A DNA stretch of 64,000 nucleotides, from IMG/VR virus record IMGVR_UViG_3300028888_000119, positions 8,732 to 72,731 of that record; one strand, given 5' to 3'. A program made the translations under genes and the position numbers. Of this stretch, positions 52,920 to 63,800 are shown one piece after another. The notes beneath the pieces were generated by a model. It ran no database searches, had not been told where the DNA came from, and saw only the letters and a program-made list of their open reading frames with translations. This stretch comes from a virus (taxonomy: Duplodnaviria > Caudoviricetes). Position 1 is the stretch's first letter; the number at the start of each line of letters is the position of its first letter.

Positions 52920-53237
52920 TTAGACTTTCTTTATTCTCCCCATTATCTGTTTATCAACCTCGTCCCTGGATCCATCATCAAAATCCGCATCCGGGATAGA
53001 GGCATAGGCAATGAGAGATAAATCGCCGTTTCGCAAGTAACTTTTGTCGATGCAAACGTACCAATTACCATCGTCGCCCTTTATGCACTCTTCCTTTGGG
53101 TATGTCTTTACGATTTTGGTTCCAACTTCTACGCCAACGCTCCATTCATCGGAGTCCATATCGAACCCTGATGCTTGAATGTCGACGAGGAACTTTAAGT
53201 CACTCCCGTCCCACCATGAATAGTTTTGTTCTGCCAT
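52920..53237 (-). CDS. hypothetical structural-cluster protein
   Basis: GFDMDSDEW...AYASIPDADFDDGSRDEV. Confidence 0.7.
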   Translation of the reverse strand: MAEQNYSWWDGSDLKFLVDIQASGFDMDSDEWSVGVEVGTKIVKTYPKEECIKGDDGNWYVCIDKSYLRNGDLSLIAYASIPDADFDDGSRDEVDKQIMGRIKKV

Positions 53238-53265
53238 AGTTTTTCGGTTTTGACAAAGTTAGAAA

Positions 53266-53556
53266 TTATTTTATAAATAGCCAAAACAGATTTCCGCATA
53301 AAGCATATCCAATTTTGGCATACCATTTCTGCGGATAATTCAAATCGACATCTTTCGTCTTGTCGCGTAGTATCCCCATAGCGTACAGACCATTGTGCGT
53401 GGCCCACTCCATCCGCATTGAACGTGGACTGCGCTTCCAAATGTCACTGTTAGAATGGATGGCCTTAATAGAGTTTAGCCTTCCCTGAAAATTTTTCTTC
53501 CGGACGAGATATGAATCAAAAATCCGAAGATTGTCTTTGGTTATTGTGTACTTCAT
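53266..53556 (-). CDS. hypothetical protein
   Basis: EWATHNGLY motif and hydrophobic C-terminus. Confidence 0.65.
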   Translation of the reverse strand: MKYTITKDNLRIFDSYLVRKKNFQGRLNSIKAIHSNSDIWKRSPRSMRMEWATHNGLYAMGILRDKTKDVDLNYPQKWYAKIGYALCGNLFWLFIK

Positions 53557-53579
53557 AATCGTTATATATTTGGTTGGAT

Positions 53580-54206
53580 TTATTTTTCAATGGTTATGAA
53601 GTTCGCCCCAAGAACTTTCGTGTGCGGGTTCTTTGAGACGACATCCATCGTTCGGTTTTTGATTCTCTTCGTCTTCCAAAGGAATCCAAGGAATCTTTTG
53701 TATTCGATACTCTCGGCAATTACAATGCTGTCACGGCTTTCCATCTTTCCGGTAAATGACGTCTTTGTAATAACCCCATCGAAATCATACCAAGCGTCTC
53801 CGCAGTGGACTGCACGGGCCTCCTCTTTAATTTCATTACCGACAGTGTCTTTGTATACAATAACGGTGTCCACCGGTACGCTATGAAGTTGATAAATGGT
53901 TTGATTTTGAGACTTAACGACCCTATCTAAGTCCTTTACTTTCGTCTTAAGTGACGCTATCAGTTTCGCATCTTCCGCCATAAATTTCTTATACTCCGAC
54001 ATCTTCAGCTCCAGACCTTGAACCCTGGCGGCATTTAAGGAGTCCTTTGTCTTGTAAGTGTCAATCTCCGAGAGAAGAGCATCGGAGTTTCTGTGATAGC
54101 GGTCTCGTTCTTTGCGGGCATCTTTTAGAGAGAGTCCCATCCAAATTATGGCTCCCACCAAGGCCACTGCGACGGCTGCAGCTGCGATATAGAGATACTT
54201 TTTCAT
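53580..54206 (-). CDS. putative spanin-like lysis protein (DUF6549-like)
   Basis: N-terminal TM, coiled coil, RDSIVI...KRFLGFLW...SKNPHT; follows the endolysin. Confidence 0.65.
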   Translation of the reverse strand: MKKYLYIAAAAVAVALVGAIIWMGLSLKDARKERDRYHRNSDALLSEIDTYKTKDSLNAARVQGLELKMSEYKKFMAEDAKLIASLKTKVKDLDRVVKSQNQTIYQLHSVPVDTVIVYKDTVGNEIKEEARAVHCGDAWYDFDGVITKTSFTGKMESRDSIVIAESIEYKRFLGFLWKTKRIKNRTMDVVSKNPHTKVLGANFITIEK

Positions 54207-54871
54207 ATGTTTGTTTTTTTCTTTAAGTAATCCATCGTTCCAGTTACAAGCACCTCCGCGACGTCGTAGTGGAAGCCGGGTGAGTTGATGTAGTCATAGT
54301 CCTGCTTGTTATCCATAAAAAAGTTTTCACAAAGGATAGCAGGGCAGTTAGTGTTTCTGAGGATGTAGAAGTCGCTTTCGTAGTCGTGGTCCCCGTCGGA
54401 TGTGTCCGATATGGTCTTCAATCCATCCGTACCGTTGTGCCATTTCTCGTTTGCCCTCTGCCATACGCACTCCGCCCACTTATCCGATTCTGTCACGCCG
54501 CGGGTCGTCCAGACGCTCCATCCCCTTGCCTTCATCCATTGCCCGTTGCCCGCCGCATTGAGATGGCAGGAAAGCATAAGCACATGGTCTTTACCGAGGA
54601 CGGAGCACTGGGCATTCACCCTACGGCAACGCTCACCGAGAGAGATGTCCACTGTCTCAGGTACGAGCAACTCGGCATCCATACCGATTCCCCTAAACAA
54701 CGTCACCACCGCCTCGGCAACATCACGGTTAACGTGCCACTCCTTGATGACCATATCAGGAGAGTGCTTGCCAGCGGTGTTATAGCCATGACCGTTGTCC
54801 ACAAGTATGCGGACGCGCCCCAACTTGCTAAGGACCAAACTGGAAAGAGTTTTCAAGTAATTTAGATCCAT
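54203..54871 (-). CDS. endolysin, N-acetylmuramoyl-L-alanine amidase (Amidase_3)
   Basis: ILVDNGHG, IKEW, LSCHLNA, YILRNTNCPAILCENFFMDN. Confidence 0.93.
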   Translation of the reverse strand: MDLNYLKTLSSLVLSKLGRVRILVDNGHGYNTAGKHSPDMVIKEWHVNRDVAEAVVTLFRGIGMDAELLVPETVDISLGERCRRVNAQCSVLGKDHVLMLSCHLNAAGNGQWMKARGWSVWTTRGVTESDKWAECVWQRANEKWHNGTDGLKTISDTSDGDHDYESDFYILRNTNCPAILCENFFMDNKQDYDYINSPGFHYDVAEVLVTGTMDYLKKKTNI

Positions 54872-54876
54872 ATTTT

Positions 54877-57800
54877 TTAAGTGCTAGGTTCAAGGGGAAC
54901 CATTATCCACATCCCAACATTGCTATCGTACACAAAATAGTCAATTCCAGCGAAAGAACTGTGAGTTTGCGAAGAGGATGTCGTAGGTGAGTTCCCTTTT
55001 ATTCTATAAATTTGTTTCCCGTTCCCATTGATAGTAACAGCGTAATATCTAGGGACGATTATCATAAGTGTTTGCCCTTCTTGCGGATTGGATGGAAGGT
55101 TTATGGTTGATGCGGAATTAACGATTACATTATAATCGTATTTGTCCAAATTGACCGTACCGGATATGAGCCTTGTTTTCGGCCTCAATCCGGAAATCAT
55201 TCCATTAGGTACATAAATCGCGCTGTTCGTCCTATTGGCGCCAGTAACGCTGATATACGCACCTATGTTTTCAAGGCCATCTGGCGCGTCTACAGGGTGG
55301 TTCGAATCGATTCTCAAGGACGCTATCCCGGATGATGTCGCGGGCATAACATTTTGTCCAAGAAGGACGGTTGCATCACTGTCGCTAAACCCTAAGACCT
55401 CCCTTGACAAAGTCATGCTGGTGCTCCCGGATGACGAAACCAAATTACTTGAAGATATTTTAAACCCTCCAATTTGTCCACTGCCAGAAGTGATCTTTCC
55501 GCTCACATCGGCATTGTTTGCGATGAGTTTGTTGAGGATGACCGTTCCGTCCTCGTATGCACGATAAGCGGCAGCGTCTGGAGTAACAGTATTGCTTGTT
55601 CCAGAGAAGAATGTAAGTTTACCGTAGTCCGGATCATCCCAGTTATCTGTCGAGTTAATCCCGGCAATCATTTCGCCATCATGCTCAACGCCGATTACTT
55701 TCGACAAAACGGCACCTCCGGCGACCGTTGTCACTCCACCGCTCGTGTCCGTCTGCACCCACGGTAAGATATTGTCCGCACCTTCAGAGCCGGAAAGAAT
55801 CTTGACTTTCGCTTGAATTTCCAGCTCGCCGTTCTCGTACTTCGCGTAGTGATTGCTGTCTCCGACATACCACCTTGGAGACCCCGACTGCGCACCGGAG
55901 AAGTAGTATTCCTCCCCAGTGGAGCTAACGGAATTGAGTCCCCGTAGCATAACCTGCCGTCCGTCTCCGATGGCGTCTCTGATGATAACATTCTGCCTGG
56001 CTGTCGAAACGGTATTCCCATACTGGACCAAGACATCACCAACTGAAGGCTCTCCGTCACCGTCCTTTGTCACTCCGGATAGAATAACATAATTCTGCCC
56101 AGTATCGACAACGAGAGAGCGATAGTATTTTGTCAGAATGTTGTTTGAATCGAACACTTGAGAAAGGGCAATGTCGTTTGTCACGAACATGTTTGCCAGC
56201 GTACCACTTTTAGTGTCGAAATAACACTTAAATGCGACATCGTCGTCTACCGTGACCGGTTCCACATTGGTGATAACAATGCTTGCGGCGGAAAGGATTT
56301 CCCTACCTCCCCGAGCGGATATTTGGTTCACGACAAGGGTGCCGACATTCATCTCTTTCCGGACATTCAGTCTGTCAATTTCCAGCAAAGAGTTCCCCTC
56401 GTCGTCCAGGTCGATTGTCCATCCTTCTCCGCCGACAAGCCCAGTTCTGTAATTTTGAGACCTAAACGAGGTCGCGACATTTGTCGGAGAGTACGTTGTA
56501 TCTTCAAATCCATCCTTTCTCAAATAGACGGCGTCCCCTACTCTTCTAATTTGGCGCTCTAAATTTGAGAATGAATTTACTTTCTCGGAAAGCTCCTTCA
56601 CGTCGCTTGTGATTCGCTGGATGGTAGACAGTGATGTCTCAACCTTATTCGATAGCACAAACTCGACATCGTTCAGCCCAATTCCAGTCTCGGGATTCTC
56701 CCCCCACGAGAACGAAATGGATTTGATAATCATTTGTAATCCAGTATCTGGCGTAAATCTCTTGTCTTTTATCCAGATCTTATCTCCGGGCGTGTAGTTC
56801 TCTGCAATGTTTCCTTCGCCGTATTTGCTCGCCCATATCTTATGAAGTCCAACAACCCATGCCGGGTCGATTTCTTTTGTCTTGCCAAGTTCAGCAGTCT
56901 TGTATTCGTTTAGATATTTTTCTGCGGCAAAAACATAGGCCCACGGCAAATAAATATTTGTGAAGTAAAAAAGGTCTCCCGGGACCGCATTGAAATCCTT
57001 ATAAGGGACATACTTATGTATCGCGTCGGCCTCCGCATCGGACTTGATAAGGGTAAGCCTCCACTCTGAGCGAATTTCGTGCTTGACACCGTTTTCGTCC
57101 TCGATAATAATTGACTTGCTATTGTCGTAGTGGATACCGTCTTTTGCCACCTTAAACTCCCAGTCGCTGTAACTGGAAAGGTTCCCGGTCGCAAACGTGA
57201 CAGTCATTTCTTGAGTCGATATAAGTGGCCCCCATACTCCGGCGACATACAAATCGTCGGTGGAGTAGTCACCGCGGTTTGTGTCGAATACGTTCTTAAT
57301 CCAGATATCGAACGTCGGCCTCCACTCGTCAGAATCAAGGTTGTAATACAAAAATGAAGGGAGCATACTGGCAGTAAACTCTCTGCTGTTCTGGTCGGTC
57401 CCGTTGTTCGTAATCTTAACCTCTACAGTTAATTGATAAGTTCCGGCCGGTATTGACGAATTCTCAATCACCTCGTGCGAGTCCTCATCAATGATTTTTA
57501 CAGTCTTCTCGAACGTCGCGAATTCTTTCGGTGAGAAATTCATCGGCACGTCCACAAATAATGCACCGGATTCTGGTACAGTGAAGGTTGAGCCAACCAA
57601 AGAAATTGTACCGGAAGCTCCCTTGTTAATCGTGATGGACCCGGAAACAGGATTCACGCCGTCCGTGTTTGGTATGATCTCTCCAGCAAATTTATAGAAG
57701 CTACAAACGACATTGATAGAAGTCCGCACTTCTCCTGGAATAAAGTCATAGTAAACTTTTCGATAATTATAACCATCTTGAAGGGTCTCATCCTCTACCG

Positions 57801-59484
57801 TTTTCCTCCAAATCATCGAAATGGATGGCTTAACAACAGCTCGGACATAATAACTTCCTTGTGGAAGATTTGATATGCCCGTAACAACACGGTCGGTATA
57901 AGCATCGTATACTTCGATTGATATTACATTAGCATCGCATTCTTTGGTCAGCGTTTCTGTCACATAGTCAGTGGCACTGTGTGCGTGCTGGTGCTGTCCC
58001 TTATACGCCCACTGGTATGTGTAGTAAGATTGCACAATGTCGGGCGTTACGAGGAAATTTCCCGTATAACCCTCTGGCACTTCGATATTCTCTGTTCTGC
58101 AGGATACCGTGTTCTGTTCGCCGAATTCAACACGAATCAACCTACCAGAATCGAAGTAATATACTCGAGATACCGATAGTGCGGCTGTGCCGATATCAGA
58201 AACAATTTCCTCGTTATAAGAGGAAGTTTCTGTGGATCCGCTCGTCCTTATCTCGTCCGTCGTAACCTCTTCCACATCGACGACCTCATCAACCCTGGTC
58301 TCAACCTCATGCCCGCCATGCGCACTGACCACGCACGGCAGCTCCAGTGTCATCCCCTGCAAAGAAGGGAAAATCTCCTCATTGTTCTCGAGACCTCCTT
58401 GTAGCAGCCCGTATTTCGCAATGGACTCGTCATCTTTGACATACTCTACCGGGTCGAAATACTCATCGTGTGCACCTTTATAGTAAGCCCAATCTTCCTC
58501 ACCCCTTGCCGAATCGTATGGCTCGAGCGTCCCAACCCATCCATCTTCCGTGGACAATTGCCGGTTCGCATTCGTCTTCCAGCCTTGCACATAAGAACGG
58601 AAGTTAGAGTCCCTCAACTCAGTGAATAGAATGTTCTCAAGTTCTGGGATTGCGTCCGGATCCGGGATCCCTATATTCTTATATGCAGAGTCTTCGCTAT
58701 TCGGATGGAACTGCTCGTAGTCCTTAAAGTACATGTACGGAAGGTTCTTACTTCCGCCCCTACCTAAGAGTTCATTCCGAATATCCGCGTCTTGTACTTG
58801 CCGTTCAATCCTGACAAGACCTCCGTTTTCAGCATCGTAGTTGAAGATGTGATTATGCTCTTGGTTGGGATAACCGAACCAAACTGCATAGTTCCCGTCA
58901 TCGTCACGCTTAATAAACCACGGGCAATCGTACAGTTCATATGTCTTTTGTAGAACCTCCCAAATATATGTGTAGCTAATTTCCAGATACTTCCTCTGTG
59001 GATCGTAGTCACTAAAATTGGGATTGATTAGGCTTCCACCCTCATTATGTACATAGATGCTTCCGTCCGGGAAATAATAATTCAAAATGTCATTGAATGC
59101 TGCGGCAAATTCCGGGAGACTGACGCCAAGTGGCACGATGTATTTATCTACCATGGGCGTTCCGGACTGAACATTCGCTAGCGATACGAAGAAGTAACGC
59201 TTCATTTGATATATCGCCCAATGATAGAATGTTAAATCGATAACAGAGCGGATAGACTGATTATCCTTCAATGCTTGAGGCTCAAGCAATGGCTGTATAT
59301 ACCGGTCTCCTTGAAACTCGACTTCCCACATATTACCGTCCGTGCCGACGAATGACGGCCTTACCGCACCGTCAATCTTTACTTGCGCGGTGATTGTTCG
59401 GTCGCCCATCTCTTCGATCGTCGCCGTCGCACTTGCGAGCGTCGCATAATCCGGGAAGTTCTTTTCAATTATATCTGGAATCAT
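54877..59484 (-). CDS. large baseplate hub / central tail protein
   Basis: 1535 aa after the Dit-like gene; LLEIDRLNVRKEM...NQISARGG hub motif; LNLPSNPQEG-like C-terminal fibre module. Confidence 0.75.
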   Translation of the reverse strand: MIPDIIEKNFPDYATLASATATIEEMGDRTITAQVKIDGAVRPSFVGTDGNMWEVEFQGDRYIQPLLEPQALKDNQSIRSVIDLTFYHWAIYQMKRYFFVSLANVQSGTPMVDKYIVPLGVSLPEFAAAFNDILNYYFPDGSIYVHNEGGSLINPNFSDYDPQRKYLEISYTYIWEVLQKTYELYDCPWFIKRDDDGNYAVWFGYPNQEHNHIFNYDAENGGLVRIERQVQDADIRNELLGRGGSKNLPYMYFKDYEQFHPNSEDSAYKNIGIPDPDAIPELENILFTELRDSNFRSYVQGWKTNANRQLSTEDGWVGTLEPYDSARGEEDWAYYKGAHDEYFDPVEYVKDDESIAKYGLLQGGLENNEEIFPSLQGMTLELPCVVSAHGGHEVETRVDEVVDVEEVTTDEIRTSGSTETSSYNEEIVSDIGTAALSVSRVYYFDSGRLIRVEFGEQNTVSCRTENIEVPEGYTGNFLVTPDIVQSYYTYQWAYKGQHQHAHSATDYVTETLTKECDANVISIEVYDAYTDRVVTGISNLPQGSYYVRAVVKPSISMIWRKTVEDETLQDGYNYRKVYYDFIPGEVRTSINVVCSFYKFAGEIIPNTDGVNPVSGSITINKGASGTISLVGSTFTVPESGALFVDVPMNFSPKEFATFEKTVKIIDEDSHEVIENSSIPAGTYQLTVEVKITNNGTDQNSREFTASMLPSFLYYNLDSDEWRPTFDIWIKNVFDTNRGDYSTDDLYVAGVWGPLISTQEMTVTFATGNLSSYSDWEFKVAKDGIHYDNSKSIIIEDENGVKHEIRSEWRLTLIKSDAEADAIHKYVPYKDFNAVPGDLFYFTNIYLPWAYVFAAEKYLNEYKTAELGKTKEIDPAWVVGLHKIWASKYGEGNIAENYTPGDKIWIKDKRFTPDTGLQMIIKSISFSWGENPETGIGLNDVEFVLSNKVETSLSTIQRITSDVKELSEKVNSFSNLERQIRRVGDAVYLRKDGFEDTTYSPTNVATSFRSQNYRTGLVGGEGWTIDLDDEGNSLLEIDRLNVRKEMNVGTLVVNQISARGGREILSAASIVITNVEPVTVDDDVAFKCYFDTKSGTLANMFVTNDIALSQVFDSNNILTKYYRSLVVDTGQNYVILSGVTKDGDGEPSVGDVLVQYGNTVSTARQNVIIRDAIGDGRQVMLRGLNSVSSTGEEYYFSGAQSGSPRWYVGDSNHYAKYENGELEIQAKVKILSGSEGADNILPWVQTDTSGGVTTVAGGAVLSKVIGVEHDGEMIAGINSTDNWDDPDYGKLTFFSGTSNTVTPDAAAYRAYEDGTVILNKLIANNADVSGKITSGSGQIGGFKISSSNLVSSSGSTSMTLSREVLGFSDSDATVLLGQNVMPATSSGIASLRIDSNHPVDAPDGLENIGAYISVTGANRTNSAIYVPNGMISGLRPKTRLISGTVNLDKYDYNVIVNSASTINLPSNPQEGQTLMIIVPRYYAVTINGNGKQIYRIKGNSPTTSSSQTHSSFAGIDYFVYDSNVGMWIMVPLEPST

Positions 59485-59954
59485 TCTGAATAGTTAAAGT
59501 TGCACTCGCTCGGTTTTGTAACGCGAATCTTCCATTCCACCACAACAACATCTTTCACGAGACCGGACGGGTCGCGCCAGAATTCTGTTGCCATATCAAT
59601 AGGAAAAGGATATCCGACGATTTTGTGTCTTTTGTACAAATTGGTAAACTCCACCTTGTGAAAGGTTTTGATGTCAGACCCGGCCTCTTGCTCATAAAGC
59701 TTGTCATTGAACTGTACAATAAGGTCGTTCGCGGTATCTACGCTGCCGGCTTGAACGAAGAATTTTACGGTGTAGTCAAATGGCGCGTCAACGGATTTTG
59801 GAAGGATGTCCTCCCCCTCGCGCTCTGGATAAGACACTGCCTCGTACCCCTTTGTTGGAGCGCCCGTCCTTTTGTCCGAATCGAGGTAGACAAGCCCGTA
59901 CTCAAGCGTGTCTACCTCTGCAAGGTCGCCTATTTTAATTTTTGCTCTCAGCAT
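59481..59954 (-). CDS. distal tail protein-like
   Basis: SYPEREGED...DAPFDYTVKF; downstream of the tape measure. Confidence 0.65.
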   Translation of the reverse strand: MLRAKIKIGDLAEVDTLEYGLVYLDSDKRTGAPTKGYEAVSYPEREGEDILPKSVDAPFDYTVKFFVQAGSVDTANDLIVQFNDKLYEQEAGSDIKTFHKVEFTNLYKRHKIVGYPFPIDMATEFWRDPSGLVKDVVVVEWKIRVTKPSECNFNYSE

Positions 59955-60327
59955 TTTCGTCTAATTTGAATTGGCAAGCATTGCAGACCGGCTCGATTGT
60001 ATCGTCGTTTTTCTCTTCTTCGTTCAAAACCGGACATCCATCACCAGCATTAGTATATTTACACCAATTTGCTTTCCGTATGGCCTTGTTTTTCTTGTCC
60101 AGCTTTGCCTCAAGGCGCTTATTCATGTTCTTCGTCTCAACGATTGTCCCCTGCTGCTCTGCAATATATTCTTTCTGTATCGTGAGTATTTGCTGAACAT
60201 TCGTGAGAATATCTTTCTCTTTTTTTTGCTTGTTCCGCCAAACATTGGCGAACCACCCAATTACTGCTGTGATAATCGGCAGCACTACGCCTTGTAGAAT
60301 TGGCAACAAAATCCCGGTCTCTTCCAT
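59935..60327 (-). CDS. putative holin-like membrane protein
   Basis: Single N-terminal TM, coiled coil, Cys-containing C-terminus (C..TNAGDGCPV). Confidence 0.5.
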   Translation of the reverse strand: MEETGILLPILQGVVLPIITAVIGWFANVWRNKQKKEKDILTNVQQILTIQKEYIAEQQGTIVETKNMNKRLEAKLDKKNKAIRKANWCKYTNAGDGCPVLNEEEKNDDTIEPVCNACQFKLDENAESKN

Positions 60328-60338
60328 GGTCGTTCCCC

Positions 60339-60827
60339 CTATTTTGTATCAAACCTATAGACCTTCCAAGTGACACCCTCGGCATCACGGTCTGGTCTTA
60401 CCTTGTTTTCTCCGAAAACATACAGTGGAACCCTTACGGACAGGCTCGAAACACCGGAATCATCTCCAAGCAATGTCATTTCGCAACCATTCGCAAAATA
60501 CATCATAGGAATGATCTTTTTCCCAATGTTAAGCCCAGTCCGTATTGTTCCTCTGCAATTATGGAAGACATATACCTCGTTTTCGTTGAGCATCTCTCCG
60601 TGGAATTCTTTTTCAACAAACACGCCATATTTTTCACAATCGGAAAAGTGCTTAACAAGAGTATTGTACGACGGATAGCCCTCCTCGAGCGCCCAATCGA
60701 TCGTCTTCTTATACAGCTTGATGGCGTCTTCTTTAGAGTCCACAGAGTCTAGCGCATCGCGATTCTCCTCACACATATGGTGCGAGGAGGCTTCACGACG
60801 CAATATTTTCCACCATTCGGATTTCAT
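60339..60827 (-). CDS. conserved hypothetical phage protein
   Basis: 162 aa; own promoter; no function recognised. Confidence 0.7.
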   Translation of the reverse strand: MKSEWWKILRREASSHHMCEENRDALDSVDSKEDAIKLYKKTIDWALEEGYPSYNTLVKHFSDCEKYGVFVEKEFHGEMLNENEVYVFHNCRGTIRTGLNIGKKIIPMMYFANGCEMTLLGDDSGVSSLSVRVPLYVFGENKVRPDRDAEGVTWKVYRFDTK

Positions 60828-60831
60828 ACCA

Positions 60832-60861
60832 CAAAGATAATTTTTTTTTACTGAATCGCAA
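60832..60861 (-). promoter_or_regulatory. internal promoter at the end of the tape-measure gene
   Basis: TATCTTTG at 60839-60832, TTGC at 60861-60858; ATG 4 nt downstream. Confidence 0.65.
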
Positions 60862-63800
60862 CATAATGAGTTGTAGAATTTGTGCCTTTGGGGTAAACAA
60901 CTTTCCTTAATGTCGATTCGAGACTTTCCACGCGCTCGGCGATCAACATCACATTGGTGTTAATGCTTGACACATGCTCACGCATCGGGTCGTCCATCGC
61001 AAGCGCGCTAAAGGATACCGGAGAGGCTGGCGATGCGCCATTGGCGATAGCATTAACGAGGACCCCCACATTTGCATTAATTTGCGACAAGTAGAAGTTC
61101 TGCGTGTTTACACCGGCAGCAAGACCAAGAATAGACTCCTCGCTGGCCCCTTGTATATCCTTCGCAATTCCTGTCAACCCGGATCCCATCGTACGCATGT
61201 TTAAACCAACGGCACTAAGGGCATTCATAAGGTTCGTCAAGTCTTGATTCATAACATCTCCGGCCACCTTCGCCCGGTTCGCGATGCTTTGGATCTCAGA
61301 CAATGACAACTGGTTACCTTCAGTAGATAGGGAGTCAATCAATTCGAAGATCGGCTTCAGCTGCTTCTCTACCACCTTTGCCGCAAGAGATTCGACAATC
61401 ATGTTTTGAATCATATCTTGGAACTTCTCCTTGATAACATCGGTTGTCGAGCTGAAGGATTTGTATGCGTCTATCCAAGACGATGCGAAGTCTCTTGATG
61501 CAGAGGCCAAGTCAGTTCCAGAGAATTTTTCGGAGAGCTGCGTCTGGAGGTCTGCAATCTCGTTCGCGATGTCTATCGCGCTTTTCTCGTAGTCCTTTGC
61601 TTTCTGCTCGTCTGCGGACTTCCCCTTCTCGCGTTCAAGCGCGGCCTGCTTGCGATACGCCTCTTCTTGTGCCTGCAGTGCAGCAATTCTTTGGTTGTAA
61701 TTCGTAATAATGTCTGCGCCAAATACTTTCTCCTCGGCACTTTGTAACCTGGAATAAGACCGGGAAAGACTGTCGATAAGTTCTTCTTGCTCTTCAATCT
61801 TCTTATTAATCCGCTCTACCTTATCCTCTTGGATGTTACTGAAAACGGAGGCGACTGCAGATGCCAAGTTCATCGTAGCGCCGATAATATCACCAGACTT
61901 GACTTTTTCCCATCCCTCAAAGATATACTTGTTCAAATCAGTAATATACTTCATTCCGCCGGCAAGTTTATTTTCGTCGCTCCTTGTTCGGTTCAACTCA
62001 TTAATGAACTCTTGTACGCCGGTTATTGCACCGTTTACCGCCTTAAAGACGGCATCAACGATCGCCAATGCAAAGGATCCCTTCGTCGCAACAGTCGACA
62101 TCGCAACGCCCATCTCAGAGACGGCATTCCCGGCCTCGGCAATTCCCTTCGTTGTTTTCGGGAACTTATCAAACAGTTCTTGAAGAGAGTTTATTCCGGA
62201 CAAAGCCTCACCTCCGTATTCCTTAGCGAAGCGCCTCAAAATATTGTTTACGTACACCTCTTCACCAGTGTCGAGTTTGATATTCTTGGCAATCTTTTGA
62301 CCGATAACCTGAATATTCAGTCCAAAGTCATCGAAACGCTTGATAATGCCATCTACGCCATCGGACAGATAAGTGGTGAGGTCGGACGAATACTTCGTCA
62401 ATTTACGGAATTGCGTTTCAACAGCCCGTAGATTATGATATAACTCATCCGCAGATATAGTACCGTCTCGGAAAGCCTTGATGTATGCATCTCGAAGCTT
62501 CCCTCGAACAGTGGTCGCCTGCTCCGCAGTCATTACATTCAATTCGGCAAAATACTTGACATAATCTTCCCCAGCCTTAAAGACATCCAAGTCTCGCTGA
62601 CCCTCGATAGCCTTTATCGCTCGTTCTGCTGCGTCATAGATTTCTTTAGCCCGATCAGGGGTCTTTTTCACGGCCATATCAGCCGCAGTAATAATATCGA
62701 GGATGTCTTGGTCTGCCTTGGCTTTTATCGTTGCTATCTTTTGAGTTGCATCTCCGGACTTTGCTACGGCATCAGCGAACTTCTTTTGTAGGCTCGCGTT
62801 GTATTTGTCTACGTCATCAAGGACGGTCTTGAGAACCTTCTTCACGTCATCCGGGAACCTTTCAAGATTGTCTCTGATGACATCGAAGTTCTGATTGACG
62901 AAAGCATCAATAATTTGGTCTTGAGTCTTTTCGTCCAGCCCTTTCGTGTCAATCCCCATGAACGCCTCGTCCAGTTGCCGTTGAATACGGTCCTTGAATT
63001 CGCTCCCAACATCTCCATATACGGCGACAGCCAAGTCGGTAGACAGCTGCTCATCACCGGTTATTCCGAGAATCTCACGATAGAAATTCTGGGCCGCTTC
63101 AGAACGCTTAACTTCCTCTTCCATCTTTTTGAGAGATTCTTCAAGCTTCTTTTCCATTTGATTGGTATCGAAATCCGTCAATCCTTTCCACAATTCTTGC
63201 AGAAGATCTTGGTATTTTTTAATCTTTCGACCATTAAGGTCTTTTGCCAAAATCTCTGTTACGCCAAGACCAGAGAATTGTTTTCCGCCCAATTTTTTGA
63301 TTTGCTTAACGACATCGTCAATTGCCGATTTATACCAACTTCTTAACTCTTCCGGCGTACCAAACAAATCCTCTGTTTTTATACCAACAGAGAGACCTCG
63401 TCCCTTCATTATTTCACGCTCCCTTTCAAGAGAATATGAGTGCTCAAGGAACTTATTCATTTTCTCGACACCCTTCTGAAAGTCTTTCATAAAAGAGAGC
63501 CGATTTTTATAAAGGATAATCCACGGGTCTTCTGCTTGTCTTACACTCTTATTTTGGTCCGGAAGGGTGAAATTATATCGTTCACCAAACAGCTTCCAAA
63601 ACTTTTCCGCTTTATCAAGTGCTCCAAATGTATCAAGAATTGCATTTTTTGCAAGTAGAGCAGAGTTCGCAATTCCCCACTGTGCTTCGAGCCGTTGTAA
63701 TTCGATTGCAAGTGCGGCGCGTTCAGCATATGAGGTACCAAGCATGAACTTATTTAGCTCGTCTTCAGCCTTGGCTCTTTCACTTGCAGTCGTGGCTTGC

